DNA from: Chrysomallon squamiferum
Taxonomy: Eukaryota > Animalia > Mollusca
Length of the DNA stretch: 64,000 nucleotides
Direction of reading: 5' to 3'
Assembly: GCA_012295275.1 (NCBI GenBank)
Contig: CM022674.1
Span: 13,640,001-13,704,000, forward strand
In this document: positions 30,126 through 42,824 of the stretch, piece after piece
Numbering within the stretch: position 1 is the stretch's first letter
Layout: every line of letters begins with the position of its first letter
Made by a program: the position numbers and the translations under genes
The notes under the pieces: generated by a model
What the model was told of the DNA's origin: nothing
What the model saw: only the letters and a program-made list of their open reading frames with translations
The model's database searches: none

Positions 30126-30345
30126 TTACAGCAAACTTTGATGTTCTGATTATATTTTCTTGCCGTTTCCTTTTATAAAGTCGTAATTACAGAAGAGAAA
30201 ATATTGCTGAGATTAGGTCCGTCCGTACGTGTGTCGTCAGCCTTGAACGTGTTAAATAATATTTACAACACGAATATGTATTTATACATGTGTGTACATG
30301 CATGTTTTAATGCATATATATATGGATGGATGGATGGGTATATGG

Positions 30346-30381
<36 letters not shown>

Positions 30382-31305
30382 GTATATATATATGTGTGTG
30401 TGTGTATACATGTATCTATATGTGAATGTATGATATATGTATGACTGTACGAGTATTATGCATGTATAGAATGTGTAATATATATATTACGTTGAAAAAC
30501 CTGCACACTGTTGTTGTTGCTGCTGCTGTTGTTGTTATGTTGTTGCTCAAATATACATTTATCGAAGGCCTAACTATAAACAGTCTATCTCAGAAAAATA
30601 CATTTAACTCTTTCTGTTTCATTAAACGTTTGATTTGTTTGATTGTTTTTTTTTTTATTTTATATTTTTTTGAATTTTTTGGTTTTTTGATAAATAGTTA
30701 TTAATTCCATCCCTACTTCGTTCCTCCATCTTATACGACAAATTTAGAAACCTATAAATGTCAAGTTACACGTGACATAAACTATTTTCTTCTTAATATG
30801 AAACAGATAAACAAGATGTTAAGTTTCCTCCGTCGTTGGTGGCGGGTATAAAAATGTCTTGATTTAAAAACCTTTCTCTGACGTTATCGCTTGGTCACGT
30901 GACTCTAGGAACAGAATGTTGATTTTGTTTGACAGCACGAGTAATAAAGTGGCAAGAAGGGACCCTGGCTATCAAGAGGGATTAATATAAAAATGATTGT
31001 GTTTCTCTAAACGTGAGGGATATTGTGCCAAATCCGACGATAGTGATTTTAAATAGCTCTGCACTTTGGGAAGGCAGAGATATTTAAGCTACTTGGTAAA
31101 AAAAAAAATAATAATAATAGAGAGAGAGAGAAATAAATAATAATAATAAAATGAAATAAAATATTTTTTTGCCTGTAATTTTAAAAAGTTGGTTTTGGTG
31201 GTATTTCTCTTTTTTTTTTCTTCTTATTGTTTATATCTTTGTTTTAATTACTTTTAAAAAAAATATATATATGTTCTTTATTTTATTTTATGTTTTTATT
31301 ATTTC

Positions 31306-31401
<96 letters not shown>

Positions 31402-31664
31402 TTTATTTTTAATTTTAATTGTCTTGTTTTTTTAAATTTGGGATATTTGATATTTGACAGAAACAACGCATCTCAGGTTTAGATCATTTCACTGACGTTT
31501 TATTTTTATTCTCAAAATTGGATTTGCTAAAAAAAACAAAAAAAAACAAAAACAAAAGTAAAATAAATCATTGTCTATATGTCTGTTTGTCTCTGTGTGT
31601 ATCTTAAGATTTTTGTCTTTATTTCTTTTATTCTCACTCTCTTTTTTATCTTTAATACATGAAT

Positions 31665-31992
31665 ACATACATATATACATACGTACATACATACATACAT
31701 ACATAGATAGATAAACACACATATACACATACACATACATACACGCATACATACATATATATATATAGATACATACAAAAATACATACATACATACACAT
31801 ACATATACACACATACATACACGTATACACACATACATACACATACATATATACATACACAGATGCACACATACAAAAATACATACATACATACACATAC
31901 ATATACACACATACATACACGTATACACACATACATACACATACATATATACATACATAGATGCATACATGCATACATGCATACATACATAT
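31665..31992 (+). repeat. (CATA/CA)n compound tract with internal ~100-bp tandem duplication
   Basis: acatacaaaaatacatacatacatacacatacatatacacacatacatacacgtatacac occurs twice (~31771 and ~31869). Confidence 0.9.
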
Positions 31993-32393
31993 ACGAACTG
32001 ATGTTTCGACAGAAAATATCAGCTATCATTCATTTTCAAGTAACTTGTCATAATATATGCACTTTATTATTAACAAAGAATAGTTTCCCGACACAAATAC
32101 AACAATAATTTGTACATTAGAACAAAATCGTATTTGGTACCATGTACGTACTATGATGATAAACTTTAAAATCATATTAACACTTAATTAAGATAATAAT
32201 CGTCATTTAAAAAGAAATTAATATATTTTTTCTTCTTCTTCTTTTATTTTATTTTATTTTATTTTATTTATTTATTTATTTATTTATTTATTTTTTTTTT
32301 TTTTTTTTTTTTTTTCGTCTCTTTACTAAGACTAAACTGGTAAAATAGTCCTGATACTTAAACCAGATCGTATTTCTCTTTATTTTCATTCAG

Positions 32394-32635
32394 CCCGTGC
32401 ATTCGCTTCGTGTCCGTGCCACCGGCTTTGTTCCGGTCCTAATACGTATTCTGTTTATGACAGGGCGAGAGACTCGGCGTGCAGACGTGATGGTCAAGCC
32501 ACCTGCTGTTTCCTCAACGCTGACGTCGACGTCATGAACGTTCTGTGTGCAGCAGCGTGTACGATCGTCTTGGAGAGTTTGAAGGATACTGGTATGGCAT
32601 GAAAAGACAGCTGTCAAAACAAGATATTTACGAAG
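32394..32635 (+). other. Upstream exon of the GPCR gene (5' UTR with uORFs plus first 37 coding nt)
   Basis: Acceptor tattttcattcag|C at 32393/32394 and donor GAAG|gtatgt at 32635/32636. GC-richer than its flanks. The phase-1 end is in frame with the GPCR exon. Confidence 0.6.
32599..32635 (+). CDS. Putative first coding segment of the GPCR (MKRQLSKQDIYE-)
   Basis: ATG at 32599, 12 codons + G. Joining to acceptor 35159/35160 gives VGFSAQMANIT and to 35171/35172 gives AQMANIT; both are in frame. Confidence 0.45.
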
Positions 32636-33512
32636 GTATGTTTAGTGTTTTAATAAGCAAGAGTTTGCTGTTTTCTTTCTTTATGTTTTTTTCTTTTGTC
32701 CCTCTTCGATTTTCTTTCATTTCATTTTTTTTTAATTATTATTATTTTTTGTATTTCTTTATTTTTCTTTCTTTCGTTCTTTTCTCTTTGTTTTTTCTTC
32801 CTTTCTTACAATTTCTTTCTGTCTTTGTCTGATTTTATTATTATTATTATTATTATTATTTTTATTTTTATTGCTGTTATTATTATTATTATTATTATTA
32901 TTGCTGTTATTATTATATTTTTTTATTTTTTTTTTTGGCTTTCTTATTTTCTCTTATAACTTTATTCTTTTTTCCTTCTCTCTCTTCATTTCTTTTCCTT
33001 GTTTCTTTCTTTCTTTCAAATTTCTTTTCTTTATTTCATTCCTTCTTTTATTTTTTAAGTTCGTTTACTTTTAATGTTATTTATTATCTATTATTGTTAA
33101 TCGTTATTGTCACAGTATCAGCCGTTGTTGTTAATGTTGTTGTCACTGTCGTCTTTATGATTGAAATTTATTTTTATTTTACGTTTTTGGCTTTTATTAT
33201 TAAGTTCAACATCCTCCTTATACTTATCATCATCATCGTCGTCATTATTATTATTAGAAAATGACAATGTGATTTACAGTAAGTAAATAAATAAATGTAA
33301 ATAAATAGAAGAAAGTTCAACATAAGTAAACAAATAAATAAATATACAAACAAACAAAGAAATAAAAATTCAAATTAATTAAATAAATTCTATAAATAAA
33401 TTAATTAATTAATTATATATACAAACATTCGGATTTCGGATTTCGAAATTGCACATAATAGTATATATTTGTAAACTGACAGTAAAACTTATACAAATAA
33501 CTATGTGTATGA

Positions 33513-33545
<33 letters not shown>

Positions 33546-33581
33546 TGTATGTATGTATGTATGTATGTATGTGTATATATA

Positions 33582-33696
<115 letters not shown>

Positions 33697-34431
33697 TTAG
33701 ATATTTGATGTGCAGGTATTTAAATATTTGTGGTTATCTTAGCTATGGTCGCATTACTGGCTATTAATATCAACTTAATTTTATATTCATTACTTTTTAT
33801 TATATAAAAAAAACCTGTTACAGCTTATCTGCGTCAATGGATTTTATTTTGAAATTTAAAAACTGTATAAATAAAATAAAAACTGGTACTGATGGGAGAA
33901 TCGATCCAGTGACTTTTGAACGCCAGATCATTGACCTTCTAATGCTCTGCAGATTTCTTCTAATTCTCCAACAAACTGGCCACATTTTGATTTTCTCTCT
34001 CAACCACACTCGACTAATTCTATAATTATCTTGTTCTGTAATCTTCTTATTTACATAATCCCCGATGTCGTGTCGAGTTTGATTCGATCTAAGATTTTTC
34101 TGCTTGCAACTGCTTGTTATTCCATCAAACAGGCAGGCCCGTGTTTGGAGCTATATATATAGTCGTGAAAAAAGAAGATTTATATTTTTTTTTTTTTTTT
34201 TTAGTTTTAATCAATAGGTGTTAGTTTTTCTTCCTAGGAAAGGTTTTAATCACATTTTAAAAACAGAAGACAAGAAATTAACCCGGGCGGCAGCCATGTT
34301 TCATAAGTAGTCTCGATTACACCATGACGAATCTCGCCCGTGAGCGGTAATCGAGGTTAGAAAAAAAAAAAAAAAAAAACAGATTCAATTAACATTTCAT
34401 TATGGGATAGGAAGTCAGGACTGAGACTGGG

Positions 34432-34547
<116 letters not shown>

Positions 34548-34881
34548 GTATACTCAGATATTTTATTTATGCCTTAAACTCTAAATAATTATATTTTTCG
34601 AAATCAGATATTATTTATGTTTATAACTTTATTGTAAATGGTTATGAAAAAGCACTATATATATATAAAACACGCGCTCACATATAGATAGGAACAGATA
34701 CATAGATAAAAAGATAGATAGACTACAGAGGTCAGACAGATGAATATATAGTGTTACAAAATAATAGGAAGGTCAAATTCCTAATACAGTATTAAAAGTT
34801 TAAAATGAATTTCGGTATTAAATTTGATATGGTAGCACTTCTGTGTGTAAGTAGAGTAAATGTGTTAAATTAGTATTTCTA

Positions 34882-35098
34882 ACATTTTCAGCATATTTAC
34901 GCAACTGTTAACTGATCGTGTGATTCTACACGTCTAAATATATTTTATATTCTTTTTAAAATAATTTAATTCTTTGTTGTTAACACTGAGTTTTGGTTTT
35001 ACTGGTGTTGACGTGTAAAAACATTTTTTATTTCTGACTGATTCTATATAATAATCAGGTCATTTTAATAAATTTATATATATTTTTAAAACGGTTTA

Positions 35099-35133
<35 letters not shown>

Positions 35134-35140
35134 AATAAAT
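34882..35140 (+). repeat. Left arm of long inverted repeat flanking the GPCR exon
   Basis: Reverse complement of 37160-37412. For example taacactgagttttggttttactggtgttgacgtgta (34981) matches tacacgtcaacaccagtaaaaccaaaactcagtgtta (37278). Confidence 0.95.
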
Positions 35141-35159
35141 TTGGTTTTCTGTTTTTCAG

Positions 35160-36451
35160 TTGGTTTTTCAGCTCAAATGGCAAACATAACAGAAACCGCC
35201 ATCAACGACCCGCCGCTACATCCGGAAGCCAAACCGGAAGTCGTCTTTCCGTCTGTCCAGCTGCTCGTCGTCGTCGTCATGCTCTGCGTGTTCAGCGTCG
35301 TGGGCGTCATAGGCAACGCCATCGCCATCTACATCTTCGGCCGACGTCGCGACAAGACCACGTCGGTGATATTCATCTTGGCTCTGGCCGGAACGGACTT
35401 CTTCACGTGTCTCGTCATCATGCCGTGCACGATCACCTTCGAGCTCGTCCAGTACTACGTCGTGTACGACGTCCTCTGCAAGCTGTTCCTCTTCCTGCAG
35501 ACGTCCAACATCCCCTTCTCGGCCTTCATCATGGTCGCCATTGCGTTTGACCGATACTTCTGCATCTGTCACCCGTTCCTTCACGCCTTCACGGTGCCGC
35601 GAGCCAAACTGACCGTTTTCTTTCTCGCTCTCTTGGCCTTGACCCTCGGAACGCTGACGTCACTGTCGTTCGGCGTGTACGTCACGGTACCCAGTGACTC
35701 GCCGATGAACATGACGTGGAGCAATTCCAGCGAGCCGGAGATCATAACTGTTCTGACGGATTCACAGACTGCCTACAAATACCACGTAGCTGATTCGACA
35801 GCGCCCCCTGTCAGTAACGTCACACGTGACACCACGGTGAAGACGGAAGTCATATTCTATGGGTACTGCGACAACAACGAGCTCATTCTGAGTCGACGGT
35901 TCATGCATATTCATCAGAAGGTGTACACGGGATTTTTCCTTGTTGCTTTTATCTGTGTTGTTGTTTTATACACGCTGATTTACAAATCGCTCCTCATCAG
36001 GCGAGCGAAAAAAGCGAAACGTCGGAAAATGAATTACTACCAAAGTGTGGCCGGGGCAGAACAGTCCGTCGCGGTGGAGCCCCAGACCGCGCCCAACCAC
36101 ACCCAAATGACCGTGTTAAACGGAAACACGACCCACACTGAACTGAAACCGGAAGGAAGTGCTGGCGCCGGATCAAAGGGAGATAACCAGGCTTCCACCC
36201 GGCGCGTTGGAGGAGGGAAAGAGACGAATTTTTACGCCAACATTAAAACGGCCATGATGTTGTTTGTGGTTACGTTAGTTTTTATTGTGGCTTTTCTACC
36301 GTCATGGTTGACTGCCCATACGATACTGCCATTTAATCACGTGGTTTTCTACATGTACTTCACTTACAATGTGGCCAACCCTGTAATTTATGCATTTATG
36401 AATCAAACTTTCAGAGACGATTTGAAGAAAATTATTAAAGTGTGCAAATAG
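35160..36451 (+). CDS. Class A (rhodopsin-like) GPCR, orphan peptide-receptor type (CCK/orexin-receptor-like), main coding exon; internal ATG at 35177 gives 424 aa
   Basis: Seven hydrophobic helices. GN in TM1 (GVIGNAI), LALAGTD in TM2, Cys at the top of TM3, AFDRYFCICHP (DRY), AFLP in TM6, NPVIY in TM7 and helix 8 FRDDLKKII. Acceptor tttttcag at 35159, TAG at 36449-36451. Confidence 0.95.
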
Positions 36452-36459
36452 TACAGCGT

Positions 36460-36960
36460 TCTGATTTACGTGATACAACGTTGCAATTACACTATACTGT
36501 CAGAAATACGTAGTACAAAATTAGAATTACGTCATTCAAAGTTCTAATTACGTAATGCAATGTTGGAATTACGGAATAGTTTTAAAATCAAGAAACACAG
36601 TGTTTTAATTATGTAATACAATATTCCAGTAATGTAATACAGTGCTTGAATTACGTAACACAACATAGAAGTACGTAATGCGTTGTTTCAATACGTTGTT
36701 TCAATGCGTTGTTTCAATTGGAATTACGTAATACAATGTTTGAATTACACGATTTGGATTACGTAGAATTATGCATTAAAATTTTGAAGTAACAAATATA
36801 ATGTTTGAATTATTTGACCTGACTTGATATTACGTAATACACTGTTAGAATTTCGTAATAAATATATGAATTGCATAAACATACTGTTAATTACATAATA
36901 TGTTAGAATTATTTATACAATGTTGGATTTTTCTGATGTAGTGTTTCATTTGCGTATGAC
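36460..36960 (+). repeat. Degenerate ~21-bp minisatellite (consensus ~GAATTACGTAATACAATGTTT) in the GPCR 3' UTR
   Basis: Recurrent AATTACGTAAT and CAATGTT units. TTAYGTAA at 36548, 36609, 36651, 36724 and 36830, and reverse-strand at 36891. Confidence 0.8.
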
Positions 36961-37159
36961 AGGGTTTCAACTGCATATGATAATTTTGTACAGAATAATA
37001 ATAATGTCGTTTTCAGCTGTTGTCATTTTGAAACTATTGCCGGACCGAACGTTGCCACCAGAAAAAACTGAAAACGTTTTTAATACAAGTATTATCATAA
37101 ACTAGCACTAGAATATTTATTCATTTACTTATTTATTTTTTAATTTATTTATTTTTTAT

Positions 37160-37412
37160 TTATTTATTTATTTATTTTTATTTATTTATTTATTTATTTA
37201 TAAACCGTTTTAAAAATATATATATTTTATGAACAATGACCTGATTATTATATAGAATCAGTCAGAAATAAAAAAAGTACACGTCAACACCAGTAAAACC
37301 AAAACTCAGTGTTAGCAACAAAGAATTAAATTATTTAAAAAAGAATATAAAGTATATTTAGACTGTCGAATCACACCATCAATTAACAGTTGTGTAAATA
37401 TGCTCAAAATGT
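37160..37412 (-). repeat. Right arm of long inverted repeat flanking the GPCR exon
   Basis: About 220 bp of unique sequence plus a (TTTA)n tail, complementary to 34882-35140; about 90% identity by eye. Confidence 0.95.
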
Positions 37413-37760
37413 CCATAGGATATATTAAGATAAAATGAAAGACAGAATATATATATATACATATATATAAACGTTTCATGCTTATCTGAATGTTATTATA
37501 AGCACACAACAAAAATAATGAATTAAAATAAAATAGATAAAAATTGGCGTGAAATGTATTGAGTTTCCAAGCATCAGAAATAAATTTTATTTCTCATTAA
37601 AGCCATGAATTAAATCTTACAACCGAAAAAAACAAACTTATAAATAATTGTCAGTATGATTAATCTGAATTAGATAACTACGGGATTTCGGGTAAAACTG
37701 ATTACGTGCCTGGGATAACAAGCTCCAGAAGTATTTCGATATCTGCTAAGTAAAAGTACA

Positions 37761-37823
<63 letters not shown>

Positions 37824-37960
37824 TCTGACATCACCAACCAAAACAAAAAAATGATGTGCCTTTTAGTTTCCTTTAGTTATAGTTAAAAGTATCGTTGTTG
37901 TTCTTGTTGTTGTCGTGGTTGTTGTTGTTCTTATTATTATTATAATCATCATCATCATTA

Positions 37961-38022
<62 letters not shown>

Positions 38023-38519
38023 AATTACTACTATTATGTATATTATTTATTTATTATTATTATTATTAAAACCTTCATTACCATCATCATCATCATCATT
38101 AGTATATTGTAAATAACATCAGTGTCATTATCATCACTTTAATAGTAATGATATATCTGTGTATAGTTCAGATAAAAATGTAGTGCAGTGTAAATAATGT
38201 GTCACTATGATTATGATTTTATTCCTCTTTTTTTCTCTCTCTCTCTTCTTCAAAAAAAACTGCTGTTTAATGTTCGTTTACATAAACTGCTACCTCTGTA
38301 TTTAAAATTTCCTTTCTTCAACTCATTTATTTTTTTTATTATTTTTTTTTTTTTTTTTTTTTTTTCGATAGAATGAAGAAACATTTGCTATTGGTCTAAG
38401 GGAAATAATCCAGTTATAAAGCGAAACTTACAGAGTTATCTACTCATTATTAATATGATAGATTTTTTTTTTTTTTTTCGTTTTTCTTCTTCAACTGATG
38501 AATTAAACTATAGGTTTGT

Positions 38520-38536
38520 GTAGATGCATGTGTGTA

Positions 38537-38573
<37 letters not shown>

Positions 38574-39347
38574 CAGTGTGTGTGTGTGTGTGTGTGTGTG
38601 ATTATATTTCGGTATTTATGTATATACGTATGTACGAACCTGTTTATATATAGAGGCGTGTTTTTATGGATGTATGTATATGTATTTACGTACATAGACT
38701 CTGTGTATGTATATATGTAAGAGTATGTCAGTATGTATGTATATATGTATGAGTATGTCAGTATGCATGTATAAATATGTATGAGTACGTCAGTATGTAT
38801 GTACATATGAACGTTTCTGTGGGTGTGTAAGTATATGTAAGTACAAGAAGAATGTGTTATGATGTTATGAAAGCTGTAGTTTCATGGCCCGTGAACAAAA
38901 GCATATTACTTTCCACATTTTAATCCATATCTGAGATGCTGGTCAGAGTTTTAAAACATTTATAGTGGAGAAAATAACAGTGATTACTCAGATCTTGTTA
39001 CTGCTTGCGACTTGCCCCCATAACGGTTCAAGCTACGGGCCACAGAAAAACTATGTCTGCCACTGTAGGTATTATGTATGTGTGTGTGTGTTTCTGTGTG
39101 TGCGTGAGTGTGTGTCTATATAGGTTTGTATGTTTGTATATATGTGTGTAAGTACGTATGTATATCTATGCATGTTCGTCCATATGTATGGACGTATGTG
39201 TATTTGTACGTAGGTGTGTATGAACGTATGTATATTTGTATGTATGTACGTATGCATGTGTGTAAGTGTGTTTGTGTATATGTATGTACGTATATGTTGT
39301 ATGTTACTACTATACGTATGTATGTATGTGTATATATATATGCGTGA

Positions 39348-39382
<35 letters not shown>

Positions 39383-39740
39383 GTATAAATATGCCTTGTC
39401 GGTGTTTGTATGTATGTATGAATGAATGTATGTATGTGTGTGTGGCTGTATGTGTATGTTTATATGTGTCTATACGTGTCTGTGTGTGTATATATTTATA
39501 GTGTGTGAATATGCCCCTGTAGGTGTTTTTATATGTATGTGTGTGTGCGTGTGCATGTGCATATGTATGTACGTATGAATGTTGTATATATGTATGTATG
39601 TACGTCTGTGTGTATGTATGTATGTATGTACGTATGAATGTTGTATATATGAACGTATGTACGTATGAATGTTGTATATATGTATGTATGTACGTACGTA
39701 TGTAGGTATGTGTGTATGTATATATGTACGTATGTATGTT
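38520..39740 (+). repeat. TG/TATG-rich compound microsatellite region (interrupted at 38860-39070)
   Basis: Directly visible. Confidence 0.9.
38877..39052. mobile_element. Possible decayed MITE
   Basis: Imperfect terminal inverted repeats tagtttcatggcccgt / acgggccacagaaaaacta. No clear TSD. Confidence 0.3.
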
Positions 39741-40098
39741 TGATTGATTACAGATAATTGTTTGATTTATCAAATTATGATACACTTTAAATTTAAAATC
39801 ACTGTTCACACTTTGCGATACACCTTTTCAACTACAACTTAGTGAAAGTTTACATAGATTAAATTAGATTCGTGTGTGTACATATTTGTATATATTGTCA
39901 TTCATTGTCGAATGATGTTGTTATTATTGACTGCTTTCGAATTGTGTGATGACGTCACATCTAGTACCGATTGGACAGAACCTGAGTGACGTAATCTTTC
40001 ATTGTATTACAGAGTTTGTTGTGTTTATGTATGTACTGAATTTATTAAAATCAAATAAAGTTGACAAATGTAACACAAACATCATTACTTTGTTCTCA

Positions 40099-40141
<43 letters not shown>

Positions 40142-40192
40142 GTTTATTATTATGTTTATTATTATTTATATTATTATTACTATTACTATTTC

Positions 40193-40246
<54 letters not shown>

Positions 40247-41459
40247 TTTATATTAAATTTCATTATTTATTTTATTTTATTCTGCTGTTATTGGCTGTGA
40301 TGAAAGTAAAATAATAGCAATAGCAGGGATAGTAGCAGCAGCAGCAGTAGTAGTAGTAGTAACAACAGTAGTAGTAATAGTGGTAAAAGTAGTAGCAGTA
40401 GTAGTAGTAGTAACAGTAGTAGCAGTAGTAGTGGTTGTATTAGTGATAATAGTTGTAGCTGCATTGTTGGTGATATAAACTGAAAATTTGCTAGAAATGA
40501 TACTCTCAATGACGTGGAAATATTAATACTATTGTTAGTGTTAATAGAACTAGTAGAAGTAGTAGCAGTAGTGGTAGTAGTGGTAATAGTAGTATCAGTA
40601 GTAGCAACAGTAGTGGTAATAGTAATAGTTGTAGTAATACTAGTAGTGGTTATCCTTTTCCTAATATTACTTCTTTTTTTTTTTTAAATATCGTTCAACG
40701 CCATAATATCATTAACCTTTCTCTTTCCTTTTCTCCCCACTCCCTTCACCTTTACAGTTATTTCGTTATGTTCTGATTTTTATTATGATTTAACTGTAAA
40801 ACCATTTCATTTATTTCTAAAACAAAATGATTAAAGCGTATGTCGATGACTTTAGTATAGTGTTAAACGACCTGTTTACAGCCACTGGCCCCGGGGTCGG
40901 AGTTAAGAGACTTATTAATAACCTACATTTTAACATTTTTTACATAAGATGTTTACTCGTGCAGAACATCTTAAACTGGAGCCACAAAGGCTGTTAGCTA
41001 AACGAAGCGACCACGCGGGGCTAAGGAGAAACGAGAACATTAAGTAAGTTTGCACCAATCTGAATTAAACAAATAAAAAAAAGGATTTTTGATTACGTAA
41101 GACACTGACGCAGCATATTCTATCTCGTTTATGAATGCGACCTCTACAAATCTGCTTAAGTCTTGAGAAGAATTCGTCTTAGTCTCGCTCTCTCCTGGTA
41201 CAGATGGTGTACAGGACCCCTCGCTGGGTGGCCATTGTTACTGGTAAACAATCCGCTCAGCTCGCAAGCAAAACAAGACACATGTTCAAAATTCTTGATA
41301 GCCAAACCTCCAATTATCCAAAATTCCAAGTTGAATAGCATATTCCCCGCGAGCAGTCTTCGCCCCTTTTTCAAACAGTTGATGAGTGGATAAAGGGACA
41401 TAACTCTGTTGAAATTTGTTTACGTTTATTTTTCATTTGTTGTCCAGTGATTAGTTACC

Positions 41460-41560
41460 TATGTATTCGTCCGCTAATTCTGCGAGGTGATTGGCTCCTG
41501 TTGATTTTCTCGAGAAATGATTGGCTGTTTAGAGTATTCCCCGTGGCGAAATCCTGTCTA
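41460..41560 (+). promoter_or_regulatory. Candidate homeobox gene promoter with two reverse CCAAT boxes
   Basis: TGATTGGCT at 41488 and 41518 (30-bp spacing) flanking the palindrome tttctcgagaaa, about 370 bp upstream of the ATG. Confidence 0.5.
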
Positions 41561-41884
41561 ATCTCTGCTTGTTAACTCTTGAGTTCTTGCTGAACGCGAT
41601 TTGTTATTCTCAATCAAATTAGACGGGATTAGTTAACCGATTTGACGATGGTATAATGAAAGTAGTTACAGACAGTGTGAGACAGGTTACGGAGTTATAT
41701 CAGTCCGAAAATACGCCATTCAACGATAAACATGTCTTTAAATCTTTCTGTAATTTTGAAATCTTTTTTTAGTTTAACACTTATTTAGTAATAACCATTA
41801 ATGTCATAAATCAGAAGGAAGGAAAGAAACGTTAAGAAAGTCTCAAAAGATTTTGGACTTCGATTTTAAAAGTATTATTTCAAA

Positions 41885-42056
41885 ATGAAAAATGGAAGCC
41901 AACCTATTGATTTAGTGAAGAAATTGAATGATACTGATTCTAGGCAGATAGACATTGACGTAGAAACAGAAGATGATGACCCTGACCAAAAATACTGTAA
42001 CCATAGCAATCCGTATACGAAGGATGATCGACACAGATTAGATGAGGACATAATAG
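41885..42056 (+). CDS. Paired-class (Q50) homeobox protein, exon 1
   Basis: aaaATGa start, MKNGSQPIDLVKK...DEDII, donor G|gtaaga; phase 1 matches exon 2. Confidence 0.75.
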
Positions 42057-42793
42057 GTAAGAAAATACGAAAAATAGTTAATATAATAAAATACCGTTAA
42101 TATTTTGCGTCATCATGTGCAAATCATACTGAAGAATATCGCGGACAGAAACTCTTCAAAAATTACTTTAGGTGTTGTTGCTTTTTTTGTGTGTGTGTTT
42201 TATATATATATATATTAAAACATTTTTCCGTATGGTGTTGAAAATAACGAAATATGTGTGGGAGATGTATTTTCATATTTTTAATAGTCTTTTTATGTTT
42301 ATTATTTTTATTTTAACCTATGTCAATTTGTGTATTGTTTATGAAGTAAGTATCCATTTAGTTTCAAAATATTAAACACGTCTTTCACGAATTAACTGCA
42401 ATCTCACTGAATTTGAAAGTAGCCTACGTATTCGAATACAGATCAGTGTAGTAATAATAATATTAATAAATTAATTAATTAATTAATTTAAAAACAAAGC
42501 AAAAAAAACAATTAAACACATAAGATAAATATACATACATACATACGTACTTATAAATATATATATATATATACATATATAATGTATGTATTAATATAAT
42601 CATCTAAATTTAGCTGTGAAACTGTATGATATATCTGTAATTATTTAATTATACTTTTACTTATATTAGCTTCGTTGATAGTGATATTGGGACATTAATT
42701 TTCCACTTTTATTTTAATTATTTCCATCCGCCTTGAAGTCTGTTAGTCAAAACTCTTATTTCATCTGACAGTATAAAATTAATAATAATAATA

Positions 42794-42824
<31 letters not shown>

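Noticed and set aside
35216-35584. 122-aa antisense ORF within the GPCR
   Set aside because: Shadow frame expected from the GC3-rich codon usage of the sense CDS.
36460-36960. CRISPR-like or iteron-like array
   Set aside because: Units are degenerate tandem copies without unique spacers, the context is eukaryotic, and there are no cas genes.
34870-37425. GPCR as cargo of an intact TIR transposon
   Set aside because: No target-site duplication outside the arms (tatttcta versus ccatagga), no recognisable superfamily termini and no transposase. Kept only as an unexplained inverted repeat.
41156-41401. Opposing 76-81-aa ORFs upstream of the homeobox gene
   Set aside because: No domain similarity or splice support; likely promoter-proximal GC-richer non-coding DNA.
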